Shown here: positions 12,901 to 27,757 of the stretch, in pieces
How the letters are laid out: each line of letters starts with the position of its first letter
Position numbering within the stretch: position 1 is the stretch's first letter
NCBI GenBank assembly: GCA_024137785.1
Contig: JAHRHZ010000048.1
Coordinates: 10,582,661 to 10,646,660 of the forward strand
Origin: Ginglymostoma cirratum
Lineage: Eukaryota
Length of the DNA stretch: 64,000 nucleotides
Direction: 5' to 3'
The notes under the pieces: generated by a model
What the model was told of the DNA's origin: nothing
Seen by the model: the letters and a program-made list of their open reading frames with translations, nothing else
The model's database searches: none
Translations under genes and position numbers: made by a program

Positions 12901-15900
12901 ACCAGCAACAGCATCTTTTTTGACGTGCTGATCCTGAACCGCTCACATTAAAGTATTGCTTTACTCGGACGCTCAGTGGTTTATCTGCTAATGGCAAAGT
13001 TATATAATGCCAATTAATTCCATTAGCAATCCATGTTAAACGATACAAAAATGAATATGAAAAAAGTAATAACACACATCCCATTGAATCGTAAATTCAC
13101 TCTATCCCTCAATCCAAATTGAAGGATGATAGGGCAAAAATGTTTGATATATATGCTATATTATTTTTCACTTATAAATATCATAGTTCGTCGGAATTTT
13201 TATGATTACAATTTAAACAAAAGAGTGAGGATGAATTCTGCTGCTGTTAAACTTCCTGCCACAAAATGCAAAGCAAGACTGAGGAGTTTGTATTACAACT
13301 GTGTCATAGTGTTACACCGATGCAAAACATGTAGCCAGAGGGGCTGCTAATGATTACAGTATAAAACCCGGCTCCAACAGAACAGGCAGCCGAGAAACTG
13401 GCCATTATTAATTCAGTGGTCAGGCACTTATCCAACTCTCCCTGGACTATAAAACAAGAAACACATAGCACTCCAACATAAAGATTTTTTAAAATATGAT
13501 GCTTTATGTCCCAACGCTAATTATAAACTTTTTCCTCTTCTTTTCAAACCCCGTCCCACTCTTTAGCCAGCTGATTTCCTCTCCGGCACCATGCTACAAG
13601 ACGATTAGCAGCAAATTATCCCTACGTTTTTGCTATTACATTACAAATTTATTTTATGTGACGCGCCGTCAGACCTTTCCAGCCGCATTTCACTGAATGA
13701 GTAATTGTGGAGATCCAGATGGAATAGATTTTCTACATTTGACAAGACATTTGTCATTTTTAAAGTACCAGATACAGAGTATCAGTCAGGCCTTTTTTGT
13801 GCATCAAGTTTCCTAACAATTCATATGATATTTAATACAGGAGAATCAAGAGATTTTATATTTTGACAGTGCAAAATTAAAAAGGCAGAACCGAATTCAT
13901 TGCAAAATAGACACTTATTAGAGTTGGGGACTTATTAAATCTAGTTGGACGCGATTGTGCAGGCTGTAAATCATCGACCATCGTTTTATTGGAAAGGAGC
14001 ATTTGAATTCATTTCTAAGTGTTGGAGAGTGTGGAAACATTTGTAATAATGAACAGAGGGCGGAACTACTTTCTGGACATCTCTTCAGGTGTTATTTATC
14101 TGAGAGGAAATGAGGACTCTTTCAGTTCTTTATCATACTGATAAAAACCCCTCTGCTGTATTAATGTAAATTATACTGGAGCTCTTTTTTTTGGTAAACC
14201 TGAATATATATTTAGCGTCAGGATCAATTCTACGACCGCTCCTGAAATATATTTCTAATTCGTGAAGTATTTAATAGAGTAACCTAGCGAATTTGGCCTA
14301 CTGCAGATATACGTGCTTATCATTGCTCTCGGAGAGACTACAACAGCCAAGAGTTATAAGTCCATTTCGGAAGACTTTTTTTTACAAAATGCATCGTTGT
14401 ACGAATCAATTTTCAGTTTCAGAAGATGCAAACGTTAGAACTTTGGCATCTCTGCTTCTCTATGCTGTACCAAATAGGTTGCAAATTTACTGACTCCCAT
14501 CCACCTTTTTTTCCTATCATGCGCGTGGTGATTAGTAAACACAATGCCATGGTATCTAGTTCTAAAACAAATATATAAGCATGTTATTTTTATAAATATA
14601 TTGAACAACGGACTATAATGATATGAAATATTAATCACACAATACAACAGCCCCGATCTCAGTCATTTGTTCTTTGCCTATTCAAATGAATGCAGTGTGT
14701 TCGATATTTTAATAAGACTTGGTATATGTTTGATTGTCTTGATATTGTAATAAATGCAATTGTTCGGAGTCACGTGCCGGGCCAGGATTCCAATCTCAGA
14801 TCCGATTTAATCTATTCACTCTGAGCGCGGTTTAATCGTCGGATCTTCGGGGAGAAGGGGGCAAATCATAAATTAAAAAGAGATCCATATTAAAACACAA
14901 ACACACAAAGCACTAAAGGTACATGTTGTCTATTCGAACGTCATATTGGGAAAGGATCGGAGCTGTGGGGTCAATCCAATGGACATCTAGAAGATGAACC
15001 GAGATTCCAGATATACTTTGAGACGTGCATCAATATATACCAAAAAAGTCATTCTACAGGAACAAATAAAATGCATGCAGTATCTGAGATCAATATGTTC
15101 TGGGATATTAAATATATCTCCGCTATCATTGATTATGCTGGAACTATGTAGGCCAGTCTACTTGGGTAGCTGCTCAGCGCGGTCAATTTATGAAAGCAAA
15201 TAACCTGCCCTGACTATTTCCTTGATATATCGGCAGAGTGGCATTGTATCCAGTGAATGAAATTGTTTTTAACTGCACAGCAGGTACATGTTATTCCACT
15301 AGTTTTAATTCCAACGCAGTTCTTTTTGGTTATTGTTTTGTTCTTCTTAATAAAATCTGAAAATGACGATAAAAATACTGAACAATGCTAGCCGGAATTA
15401 TTTATTAATACCAGTAATAAACAGTCTCATTTATCCGCGTCCACGGAATGGCGGCAGTTGATAACCTGCCACAGAGCAGCCATTTTTTTAATCGCTTAGA
15501 AATCGTGCCTGGTGAAGTATTGATACTATAAAATGATCTGCCTAACAATTGAATCAGATTTTATATTGCTAAATAAATGACTGCAAACATACACATAAAT
15601 ATTAGTCTCTGCTCGAGCCTTAGAAGCCAGAGTGTCAATCTAAAACTACGACAAGTAATGCTGTAGAGGGGGCTAAATGTTTTAAATATAACCCCATAGC
15701 ATTGATCCTAATTAGAAAGAGCATTCTATGATTTCAATGACCGCCTGTGTTTCTTTCCTATCCTGCGATACTCATCAAAATCTGCTGTAATGGTTTGTTT
15801 TTTGGGGGAATTAGTATCAGTTAACTGTACCAAATTAATTGGGGACTTAATTGTAACATAACCCTGCTTTTATAATTCGGGAGAACTGGAGATATAATTT

Positions 15901-18900
15901 CAGCCCCATTTAGTTGCTGTACTTAACATACAATTTTCAATTAGAAAGTGGAAGTATGAAATGTATTTAATTGTGATTCTACAATCATGGCACCAGCAGA
16001 TACACTTCCACACTTTCACGGCTTGTCACACTTCCTAATAAATATTCTGCATATTTTGGCAATGATTTTACTGAAGATTATATTGTGCGTAATCTGCAAT
16101 ACAGAAATCCGCGAAGACTTCAGTGAGACTTTTTTTGGGGGGGTGGAAACTGTTTTACAGATTCTGCTTGTTACTGGAAGGCAGTAAGCAGATGTGGTTG
16201 AAAAAGATGTCATCAATAGGCAAGATGTGCGACTCACTCTGTAAATAAATTATTGCTGGCCACCGATTTCACAACCAAATTTGAGTGGATGTTATGAGGA
16301 CTAACTCCTTGCTATTTCACCATATGATTCCTTATTCTGACTCCCAAGCGAATGATAATGGAAGTTTAAACTTTCTGTTGGGCCTGATGTGTAGATTCTT
16401 TACTCCTTAGTACCAAATCAAGACGGAGAAACGAACCAGATCATTCAGAAGCAAGGAGTTCTTGAAGGATGTTGTTGTGCTTTAAGGGTTGTGCTTTTAA
16501 TAATAAATAAATGTCCCTCGATCAATCAGGATACCATTTAGGCCAATGCATTTTCGTGAAGCCGACTTCTCCTTACTATTATCATATAGCCAGTTACACA
16601 TGAAGTGCAAATAATGCACCAGCAACTCGCTGAAACACATTTTATAGCACCTTTATTACAAAGACTTAAAAGCGTTTCCCTGATTCATGTCTTTGAACAA
16701 ACTGTTTACTGTTGAAGTGCATTTTGTGTGAGTTCTACTATATGACATAGTTAGATATTCCATTCATACTGTGAACGCCCAATGTGCGCCATTTGTGTCC
16801 CTGAAATGTCTCAATATAATTTCTGTTCAAATGAACTGAACTCTTCAGCAGGTTATATGAGACCAGATCGTCAAGGTAGTATTTAGCAGTCGTTCCAATT
16901 TTCTTATTTCTTGAATAGTTTTGGGGGTGCCAGGCTTTAAAGTAATGGGACAGTAAATTGCCAGTGACCCTGAACTATCGCTAGGTCTGCTTGAAAAGCT
17001 TTGCTCCCAAACCCAGACAAAGGTTTCATGCACACAAATACAACCTATTTAAAGACGAGTCACAATACGCGGCAGATTGAATTCCTCATATATATATGGT
17101 CCCATTGATGTTGCAACTTCCATTTAAATTTAATTTCTGCAGAAAGTTTGTTTCGCACAAGCACGTTTGTACTTGTAATCTGAAGATTGATAAAGTAAAT
17201 AAAATAGATCCCTGCTTGCTCCTACTTAATATGGCAGATTCACCAAATTCGTGCGAGCTGGATGTTCCTGGATTTAGTTTTGAAGCAATTAGGAATAAAA
17301 ATGGATACCCTGCATATGTATATAAATAATAGATTGTCAGAACCTAGTGAAGCCGCTGGAAACAGGATGAAACAATAGATGTTCGTAGAACGAGGGAACT
17401 TTGCAAATCTTAGTTACTGTTTTCCAATAGAAAAGTGTCAGAATCCGCCAAAGGGCTTAAAGGCTTAACGCTGGCAGTAAGTTCATCATCAGAGCGAGCT
17501 ATTCTTTCAGGCTTTTTAACCATCCTTTGAGACGATTGAAACCGCTCTCTCCCCGGCTTTATCCCAAAAGAAAAAAAAACCAAAGGACCAGAGGTCGAAG
17601 TTTAACAGTATTCTCTTGACTTCCAGGTGTTCTACATGCCGTATTGAAGCATCAGCACCTCGGCACAGCACTTCGGGTGATTTCTTAAAATAATAAATAT
17701 ATTGGAAGGTACATTGATCAAGGCAACTGTCGTGTGAAGTATCTATGGAAATGTTGACTTGAATAAATAAATATGGGACTCTAATAAGTGCTGTACTGTA
17801 CCACTCACTGTAGTGGACAGACATGCAGAATACATTGACATTTTACATTCTGTTGCGATAGAAATTTTAACCCTGCGGTCGCTTTTTATCTAAAGGTTGC
17901 AGTGATAATCCCTCTAACAACAGCAATAACAAAAAAAAATGCATTTGTTTCATTAAGTTTGCCCTAACAGAAAGCTACCAGTCTGCATTAATAGTCACAT
18001 AGCCAATATCGTGGTTGCAACACTATCTACATCAGCGGAGTATTAATCAAATCAATCAGTGTTGACAAATTAGTAATATTTGAAGGAACGCGTTAATTTA
18101 CAACTTTGTTATTAGTTAAAAATCATCAGCATTGTAGTGGCAATTAATAACGCTCTGAGTGGAACACTGAGAGAGGATTGATGCCTCCTGTACCGATAGT
18201 GGTAAGCACAGCTGTCCCACAATGATGCCCAATGATAGAAAGATTCAACTAGGGCGGGGGTGGTAATGGTGGGAGGAGGGATGAGAGTGTTGTAATAGTG
18301 GACTGGGACAACGTATTAATAATGAAACGTTCGCAGGTAGGAAAAGAAAGAGAAGGAAGCAAAGGAGGAGAGCGATGAGAAAAAAGGAGGGAAAGGGAAA
18401 CAAATAGGTGGTGATTGGAACACCGGACGACGCAGCGGATAGTCCATACGCAGTCGAAAGAACATTTTATGGTTAAAATTATTACTGTAGGTTCCAAACG
18501 TACATAACGAACGGGCAATCACATACCAATAACTCAACGATTAGTTTTAAAATAAAACCAAACCCGCCCTACACAAAAAAGACTCACTTACAAGAATAAA
18601 ATACACAAATTCATCACAGTACGGGAATGACCAGTCTAACAGTCATGGTTTAATGGGATCCTGATATTTCCATTTACAGCCGGAGAGTTTTGCAGGCCAG
18701 ACCTTTAATGTTAAAACTTTCTCTCCCCCGCTCTCTCTCTCTACTCATCCCTTCTCGCGCATGCACAACATTTACAAGCCCTTCCCCCATTCCCCCCCCC
18801 TTTCCCAATTGCTGACAGTTCGACATAAACTTCGGCTAAAAGATTCTTTTTCGCGTGTGCGTGTCGCTGTTCACCTCGTTTACAAGCATGCTTTTCAAAT

Positions 18901-19454
18901 GACCATTTATTTTAAGTATTTCCTATTTGCTGTAACTCTCTCTCACACCCTCACTGTCCTTCGTCCCGTTTCTAACCACTCGGCTCACTCACAGCAGGTC
19001 CTAACTACTTGAAATTCACCAAAATAATGACCGTTTCGAAACGATAAATCATCGTCTCCGTGTAAACCTTGAAGGAGGTTTTTAGAAAATAGCTTGCTTA
19101 CTGTGCATGTGCGCGCTCCGTTTCCACTTCGATTGCTTCCTCGATGCCTCCTGTGAACAGCCAGTCCCGCACTTTACACTGGAATCTGATTTTTTTTTGT
19201 TTGCTTTAAAAGTTATACTTTCTATCGGTTGCAACTTTTGTTTTCCTACTTTTTTTTGTTGTTGAACGCACACTTGGCTTACTAAGTCGTAGCGCGCTGC
19301 ACAAAAGGAGCTACGGAATGAGATTTATGGCTTTCCAAATGAAAAGATTCATTCGACATAAAAGGTTAACACAAAGTTCGTATGACCGTGACTTGCATTG
19401 GCAAGAAGCAGCGCCGACTCAGCACAAAGGCAGTTCAAAGAAACCTTTAAAATA

Positions 19455-19620
19455 CACGCAGACACACACACACATACAGACACACACAGACACACGCACA
19501 CACGCATACACACACCAGTCGAAACTGCGGTTTTCATATCCATGCTATAGTTTCCAAGCCCAGGCATCCTTTTGTTCGTCTTGATGGAGTTTTTTTTTCT
19601 CTCTCTCTCTCTCTCTCTCA
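19455..19620. repeat. Imperfect (CA)n (19455-19515) and (CT)n (19598-19620) microsatellites
   Basis: Visible directly. Confidence 0.85.
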
Positions 19621-22600
19621 CCCTCTCCCTCAATCTGAACTTTGCCACTTTGGTGCCGACGAAACCTCGTCTATTTCACAGGGCAAACAAAACATCAAGG
19701 CGCTGGGATATAGAGAAAGAGGAAGGGTGAGGGTGTGAGAAGACAGAATGTGGTTGGACGTCGGGGATGAAGGGTAGAGAAAAGAGGGGAAAAGAAATAA
19801 TAAAACAAAAAAAAGGTGGAATTGAGACAAATACTTGACTGGAAAGCAAGGAATCACTGGGTGTCTTCGTGTGTTTTTTTTCCACATCTAGCAAAAGGCA
19901 CACACACACACAAAAAGATAAGACTTGTGTTTTCTGACTTGGGCAAGGCGTTATTTTTTTAAAAATTAAGCACAGAGCAGATGTGTTAGTTGTCAATCTG
20001 TAGGTTTGTGCAATGGGAATGCTAATGAGAGAAAATTAACCCGTCCTTTCGTTACATAGGAAGGGATCGATGGTTGACCCTCAGATCCCAGAACATCTCA
20101 TTTATGGTGCGTAGCAATGATATAATCAGCCTCGTCTTTAGCACGCACCTACTCAACAACCAGCAACTTTTGTTAACAATTTAGGCTCAATCTCCGAAGC
20201 ATTTACATAACCTCGTCTAGCAATTAGAAACAGGCAACAAAAATGCTTGCTTGATTGTAAAAACCCGTCCAAACTCTAGGGTCTGTTTAATTATTAGCTC
20301 TGAGTTATTTCAGTTAAGTGTTGGGAATAACGACTGAAATTTGGAGGAATGTTTCCTATACCCTTGAGCCCGTTTTGGGGAATATCTGCTCTCCAATACG
20401 AGTTGCTAAGTGTTTGCAACGAAATTCTCGAACCGGAGCGCCAAAGTCACAAAACTTGTTTCCTTATTAATGTACTCGGCTCAGTGTACTTGTCTGTGCA
20501 TTGACATCAGTTCCAACGCAAAAAAAAACTGTTGGTGTCTGATACCATTCAATGTACATTGGTGTGTTCCTCTCATTAGTAGGATGGATATAGAAGTGCC
20601 CGTGGACTCAAAAGTCGAAGAAACGGGGAAACACTTCTGATAATACGAGGATGATTTGTTTAAATTCTCGCTTAGTGGGTAGAGCAAACGTAATCCCCTC
20701 ACGCCTGCGAATTATATCCCTGTGCATTACTCCTTTAGTGTGTGCGCACCTTATTCGCTATTAGAAATACCAGAGCTGACGTTTTTTTTAAAAAAACAGG
20801 AACCTGTTTATCCCCGAGGAAACAAATCAGTGATGCCTCATCGTAAAAATAATGGAACAAAATAAGTTATTAAGATATTGCTTTAGCGGTGTTCAAATTT
20901 ATGTGCAACATACACGTTCCTCTAACATTGGTTGCTACATTTCAGGCTAACAGGTGGGTAAGAAAGGACGGGTTTAATCCAACTGAAAATTATTAATATG
21001 AGAAACAGGAGAAAAATCAAGTGAAGCAGTTAACTTCTGTCTGAATGCACGCATTAGGTAATATAGCCTTCCTCCACTTTGAATCAGTCCTGCTCCTGTT
21101 GAGTTTAACTTGTGGTTGAAACTCGAAGTAGGTCCTTAAGTGACAATTCTGTGGATAACGGGTAGATGGCACAATTTTCTAACATTTAGAGAGCACACAC
21201 GCTGAGCACTAAGTCCATTTAGAAGCACTTTCTTTGTGTGCATAGAGATAACTTGACAGACAAGCAGAACAGAGACATCTCAATGAAGCCTGCAAAAAAA
21301 GTTTGCACAAAGGGATTCGCAAATCACTCGTTTATGAGGGAAAAAAATCGGAGGAGTAGAGAGGGGAAACATTATTTCGTGGTGCTGTCAATAAATTAAT
21401 TCCCCTCCGAAGAAATGTCAATTTGAACTGAAAATAAATAGTGTGGAAGCTTTGAGTTGTGGAGGACTGGGCCGCGAACAGCAGTCTGGTGGAGTTGAAG
21501 GCGAATCCCTGGTGGTAAATCCATCATTAGCATTTATTTCCTGTAAGGCGGCAGCTACAGTAAATTTATCCCGTTTTTGTGGCGCTTTAATAGACATTTA
21601 TTAAAAGACTTTAGAAAGAGCGTGGGGAGTCTGATTACATAAATTTAGAATTGGAGCATCAAAGGCGCAAGTTAGTGGTAATCGGGTTATCGTGCTTCCA
21701 AAAAGTGCTTCACCGCATCAAACGGCTATCAAATATATATACACAGGGATATGAATGAACAGCCCTTTTTGGCACGACGGGAGAATCTTTTCAGTCACAC
21801 ACCTTAGGCGGGATAGCATCTGAGTACTCAGATAAAAAGGCCTGGAATTGTAGAGCCCTATATTCCTCTCATAGTGCAGTTTACGTCTCTAAATTAGATA
21901 TTTTAAAATAAACTTACGCCAGTCTTTAGTCTGTAAAGGACACAAAATGCGTGTGTCTGTTTGTGTCTTAACAATGTAATCAATAACACCTCCCTTGTCA
22001 AGAGATTTATGCCATCTCCTCTCAAAAGGTAAAATTGCTAAAGATAGACAACCTCCTGGGGAGGAGGGAGAGGAGGGGTGTCGGGGAAGGGGGAGTGGGG
22101 GAAAGCAAAAAAAAATTGTGTAAAACGTATTGAATCCTAGCTAGTGGTATGTTGTCATCGCTGCAAGCCGAACAGAGGATTTCTTGAAGAATTGCACTTT
22201 ATTTAAAATCCAGACAGCTCTGTTTGTCCATGTTTCGTTCCTGTTGTTGCAATGTCAGTATTAAAAGTCTACACATACTAAGACTGGATGCAAGTGTGTA
22301 CGTGCGTGCGTTGTTCTATTCTTACACGATTATTGGTCAAACTTCTTTTGTTTTTAAAGTGGAAGGTAAGTGACAGAATGCAGCACCATTCCAGATCATA
22401 CTCTTCTTTAAAAAAAAAATCCTCAAGGAATGAAGTGTGTGCGTGTCTGTCTATGTGGATGTGTCCGGTGCTTTACCAGGAACGGCTGGGACTTGGTGCA
22501 AGCCCTCCGCTTTTCCTCAAAGTTTCTGCAGAAGAAAATAAATAAATGTGACATTCGGAGAAGCAAGCGCTCATTAGTTCACTGTACGCTCCTAATGCGG

Positions 22601-23945
22601 GGACATAAGAGCAAATTATAGAGTTCAAACCCAGCACACGCGTTGTCAACTGAAATCAGCCCACGAGAAGCATGATACAAATTGTTGCAAAATTGCATCC
22701 CCAGTCCCTTTGAGGTTGTGAATATAATGGCAATCATCTTTGAGTTGAAAGGTGCATTAAAATGAATTGTGCATTGGACTATATATATAACTCAAATTTT
22801 GAAAGACATCACAGATATTCTCCCGTGCTTAATGTTTTGAAATTAAATTTAAAAAAAACCTTTTCGAGGCCCTATGTTTAAAGAATGTTCAAGCGATACT
22901 TTTAAAAATGTGTATTTACATTGAATGAGCTTAACAGCCATACAAACTTTTTTTCTTAACTAACTCGAATCCTGTTACAACCAACGCCCAGCCTTAACTG
23001 CTTTAAAATTATTGAGTAATTAGCTTTAGTTGCGTTTCACCATTAATTAGGTAACAGCGCAGTAGGGAGGCTTTGAAATTCGAGAAAATGGGGTGGTGGG
23101 AGGGGGGGTGATAGAATCGTCTGAAACAACTTTCAGCCTAGTTTAAATAAATAAATGCGAGCAGGGTTTTAAGATTCTGAGCGTGTCTGCGTCTCGAAAG
23201 CGGTAAATACATTCTCCCCCCTGAAGTCGATGGCATCGCGGATGCAAACTTTGTTTAAATCGCTCGCGTTTTTGGGTCTTAGTTTTGCCCTCACACCAGG
23301 AAAACTGAGCAGCACTGGCCTGAATTTAACCCGTTCGCTCTTTACCACCAAACCCGATTTTGAAACGGAGAAACAGAGAGAGGGTGTATGTTATGAGGAG
23401 CGGAGCAATGTAAACAGATTTGGTAAAGAGACAACTGCCAATGCAAAGAGACACTGCTATTTTGTATCGCTGTGTTTTGCGGCGAGTAAACGGCTCCCCT
23501 ATAAAAGACGATTGCCTTGAGAGGATGGGCGATTTGTTGTTTTTGCATATTTAAATGACAAACCACAATGGGATTGCGTGAAACGCCGGGGCCTTTTTGT
23601 GTGTGTGTGTTTGTGTGTGTGTGTTTCGAGAACTGTTTGCAAGGAATAAAAGCTGGTGGCTTCAGCGGAAAAAAAAGACAACTGCACTTCCAGACCCGAG
23701 GTTCCTCCTTCACCACTACCAACAGTCTACCCCCACCAACCGCAAACACCCCCCCCACCCCGCCAATCCCAGTCCCTTCCCCTTGGATCGCCCTCGCCTG
23801 CGATTGCAAAGGAATAAATAAATAAGCCAGTACATAGATCCTGCTGCTAATCGTTTTATTGGAGCTGCTCTGTAGACGAATAGCAAAAAGGGGTTTGAAA
23901 TGTGTTTCCTATTACAGCTTGCTCGGGCTCGGCAACATATTACAC

Positions 23946-23958
23946 GCCGCCATGTTGG
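23946..23958 (+). promoter_or_regulatory. YY1 consensus site in a downstream CpG-rich block
   Basis: GCCGCCATGTTGG matches GCCGCCATnTTG. Confidence 0.45.
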
Positions 23959-24649
23959 CTTGCTAACAGGACACTAAACGCAGCCGGCTGAACACATACT
24001 TTCACACACTGGATCTCCGGTTACAACTGCACCCCACATCAACCTCCAAACCTCCACTCCCCAAAATAAAACTGCCATTAAAGACACACCGAATGCACAA
24101 AACTTTCTGCAACATTGCAACCGCGTCCTCTTCTTTTAAGAGGGTGAGAGAGAGAAAAAAAAGGCACCTTCAGAAATCGCACTGCATTTGGTGCAGTGCA
24201 GATCGTGTAATATTGAATTATGCCCTCTCAACTGGGCTTTCTGTTTTGTTATTGTTGCTGTTTAAACATCGCCAAGCCTCGTTGTAAAACATGATCTGAT
24301 AGGCCCCCACCCTCAGAATTTGGTCATTAGCGGTGAAAGGCAAATCACTTGGGTTGCTGAGAATGCCGAGTGAAGTCATATTGCACAGACCTCCCTTCAC
24401 TCTCTGCGAAAAAAAAGTGTTTGAGAGAAAGAGAGAGAGAGATTGGGCGGCACGCCGGAGCCATGCAAGCTTGCAGATCATGTTTGACTGGTTTCTTTTA
24501 ACCCCTAGCACAGAAATGCGAAGTAAGATCAGATAAAAAAAGCCGCAGGAAAAATAAATGGACACTTCAGGCGAGCGTCACCATATTTCAACAGCCTCAG
24601 ATCTCGCCAGTTAAAGGACAAGCTCGTCAATTTCAATCCCTTTTGTCAG

Positions 24650-27433
24650 TTTCACCCCCGGGTTAATTTTATTGTTCTAACGCAGCTAGAATGGGGGTAA
24701 CTTTTGGAGTGGGGTGGGGAGGGGAAGGAGATCGCGTGTTAGTATTTATAAACTAACCTAAACTAAATGTAGAACATTTAATCTTGCAATCAAACTTTGC
24801 TGTACAGAGATAGTTTCATATTATGTATTGACGACATTATGTACAATAGTTAGTTATGATCAAGGCCTCCGGTTACCAATATTTAAATTAAGAAAATAGG
24901 GAATAAAACAGTGAGAGCCTTCGATTCAAAGCCATAAATTATAATTTAATACCAAGAACAATTTACAACAAAAACGCTGTATACAATAGCTAACACAAAC
25001 AGGAGTCTGGCGTAGTAACTCCATACACATATTACTTGCAATAAAAAAAACATCTGAAAAGGCTCGATCTATAAGTTAGAACAGCGTAGCAATACCCTGA
25101 AGTAAAAAAAAAACGTGGGTCAGCTGCAAAGTGTTAATAATCACAACCATACATCATTTCTGGTCCAGATCTGTCTCTACAACAGGTAAAGATCACTGTT
25201 CCATCAACTATACAAAATGATTCTTTTTTGTGTGCGACCACAACATGATGTAGTATGTGGCTGGGTAGCCACACACACAAAAAAAGTTTTTTTTGTCTTT
25301 TTTTTTGTAAAAGGGACAAAATGCAAGTTTTCACACTGCAGTGTAGGTAGCAGCACTACCAGAAAAGCTTGGAACAAATGGCTTGGCCAACTCAAACCAG
25401 CTCGCTCTGTTTTTTTTTGTGTTTTGTTTTTAATACAAGGGTATATGGGAGCACTGAAGGCAAACAATCGCCAAAATGTATATCTTCTATACAATCCAAC
25501 ATTTACATGTATGTAACAAATGTAAAATGTGTTAGCGACCTGTGGCCATGCTCTCACAGTCTATTCCCATATATAAAAAATCAAATGAATTTATATTTAT
25601 ATACATTAAATCAGGCTCACTTATAGTGCTACACATCAAACGTCAGTCACATCATCCTCAGTTTGAAGAACTTTCAATAACAAAAATTGGCAACCACATT
25701 TTTCCAGACATACTTTTTGAATAAATCTCATTTAATATATTTTATTTACAATCAACACTGTTCCTAGTAGCAATTGCTTGTTTAAGTGTGTTCTGTGCGT
25801 GAACTTTAGACACAATAAGCTTCAAAACAAAAACTTGACCATTAAAACACATAATGATCCATGCTTCCTAACACCTGTCTAATGTACATTGGTTGCACAG
25901 GCACTTAAGTTAGAACTAAATAAGGGTCGGTGGTCAAAATCCCTATGGCATTTTGAATTTAAAAGGGGATGAGAACGGCGTCTCATGTTGGGGTCGTTCG
26001 ACTGCATCTTTAAGGTGTTACTGCTAAACCCAAAAAGCAAGGTGCAGCATGAGTCCACGGTTTATCCTTTCATTGAAAGAGCATGTGGTTTGCCCACTAC
26101 TACAGACAGTGGTAGTAAACTATTCAGGTATATTGAGTAAATAAGACAAATAATCCACGAATTGTAATGACTCCAGTAAACTGCGATGTTTGACCATTGT
26201 AATGAGTATTTTTTTTCCTTGGGTGAACATACAGTTGTAACAGCGAAAAAGTTCCATATATCAAATAATATTATAATCTCCGAACACTTTCATTTTTCTT
26301 GAATATAACACACAGGACTGACCAAACAATCCAATCATAACTCTTACAGTACAGAAATGTTGCACTTCTCAAAAAAACCCTTCAGCTTGTACACACGACT
26401 GTAAACTCTAGATACTTAATTAACCACATGTCAAATAGTAAGTGCCGACATAGAGTTCCATGCTGAATCCAAGAAAAGAAACTGTGGCGTTACTTTTCCT
26501 TTAAAAGGGCAACGGGTTGATAATTGTTACAAATGTGTCGGAAATATACAAACAGGCGCTCTTTCTGGAGCCTGGTCGGACTCTATACTGCAACAGGGAC
26601 TAAATGGAGCCACATTTAGATCACTAAAATTTCCTTAAATTTAATGAAACAAAATTGTACTGTGTCTTGGACACATAAAAGATTTCCGCTTTAGAAATAT
26701 ACGAACAATGTAGTCCTCCACCCCCCCACCCCGCCCTCTCCACAAGTCAATATTAACGAGTTTTCAACAATGGATTTTTTAAATTACAAGTGTGTATCAT
26801 TTAATATAGGTCTGCCGTCCCTTTTCCCCAAATTAAACGTCTTATGAGTTAACACTATAAGTGCGTTTCCAGCATTAAGTTTCAATCCTGTCAATAAAAC
26901 CTTTCGTCTAACGTTTTAGTGGATTCAGTTTTAATTCTTGCAGAACATATTTACGTGATACACCGTATCTGATAAGAAGCAATGGTTATATCAAAATCAT
27001 TAGTAGAGAATCACAGAGGAGACTGGTTTGAAACCAGGAAAAATACAAAACAGCTATAGATACATAGACACAGGACAATTTATAATAATTTGGAAAATGT
27101 TATTTTCTTTCCTCCAAATTTTGAAATTCTTGTTTAAATGCACTTATCTTTATATCGATATTTCTCAAAAGTTTACAAAATAAACCAAAATAAAAGACTA
27201 ATTTCCTTTTGTTACAAAAATGATAAGTAGCAAGTTGTTCTGAACGACACAGGAGAGTTTTGAACGCGTTTTTTTCTAAGTTCGTGAACAGTCATTGAAA
27301 TCCACAGTCCTTTTTTCTTCCCTCTCTTCATTTTTTGTGTCACATAGGTAAACTTGTAACAGCCTTTTATTTCCTCCCAATACAGAAGGAATTTGCTAAA
27401 TAATGTCACTTGCATTTTTTCTCCCCCTTCTAT
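24650..27433 (-). other. Probable NR2F2 3'UTR with alternative poly(A) signals
   Basis: AU-rich sequence after the stop. AATAAA on minus at 27366-27371, 25741-25746 and 24668-24673. Multiple miRNA seed matches. The distal end is inferred. Confidence 0.55.

Positions 27434-27757
<324 letters not shown>

Noticed and set aside
22058-22101. G-quadruplex-capable purine tract
   Set aside because: One of many G/C-run tracts in the window; nothing specific supports a function.
23342-23825. Several overlapping 60-155 aa ORFs
   Set aside because: Low-complexity GT/C-rich sequence; no homology signal.
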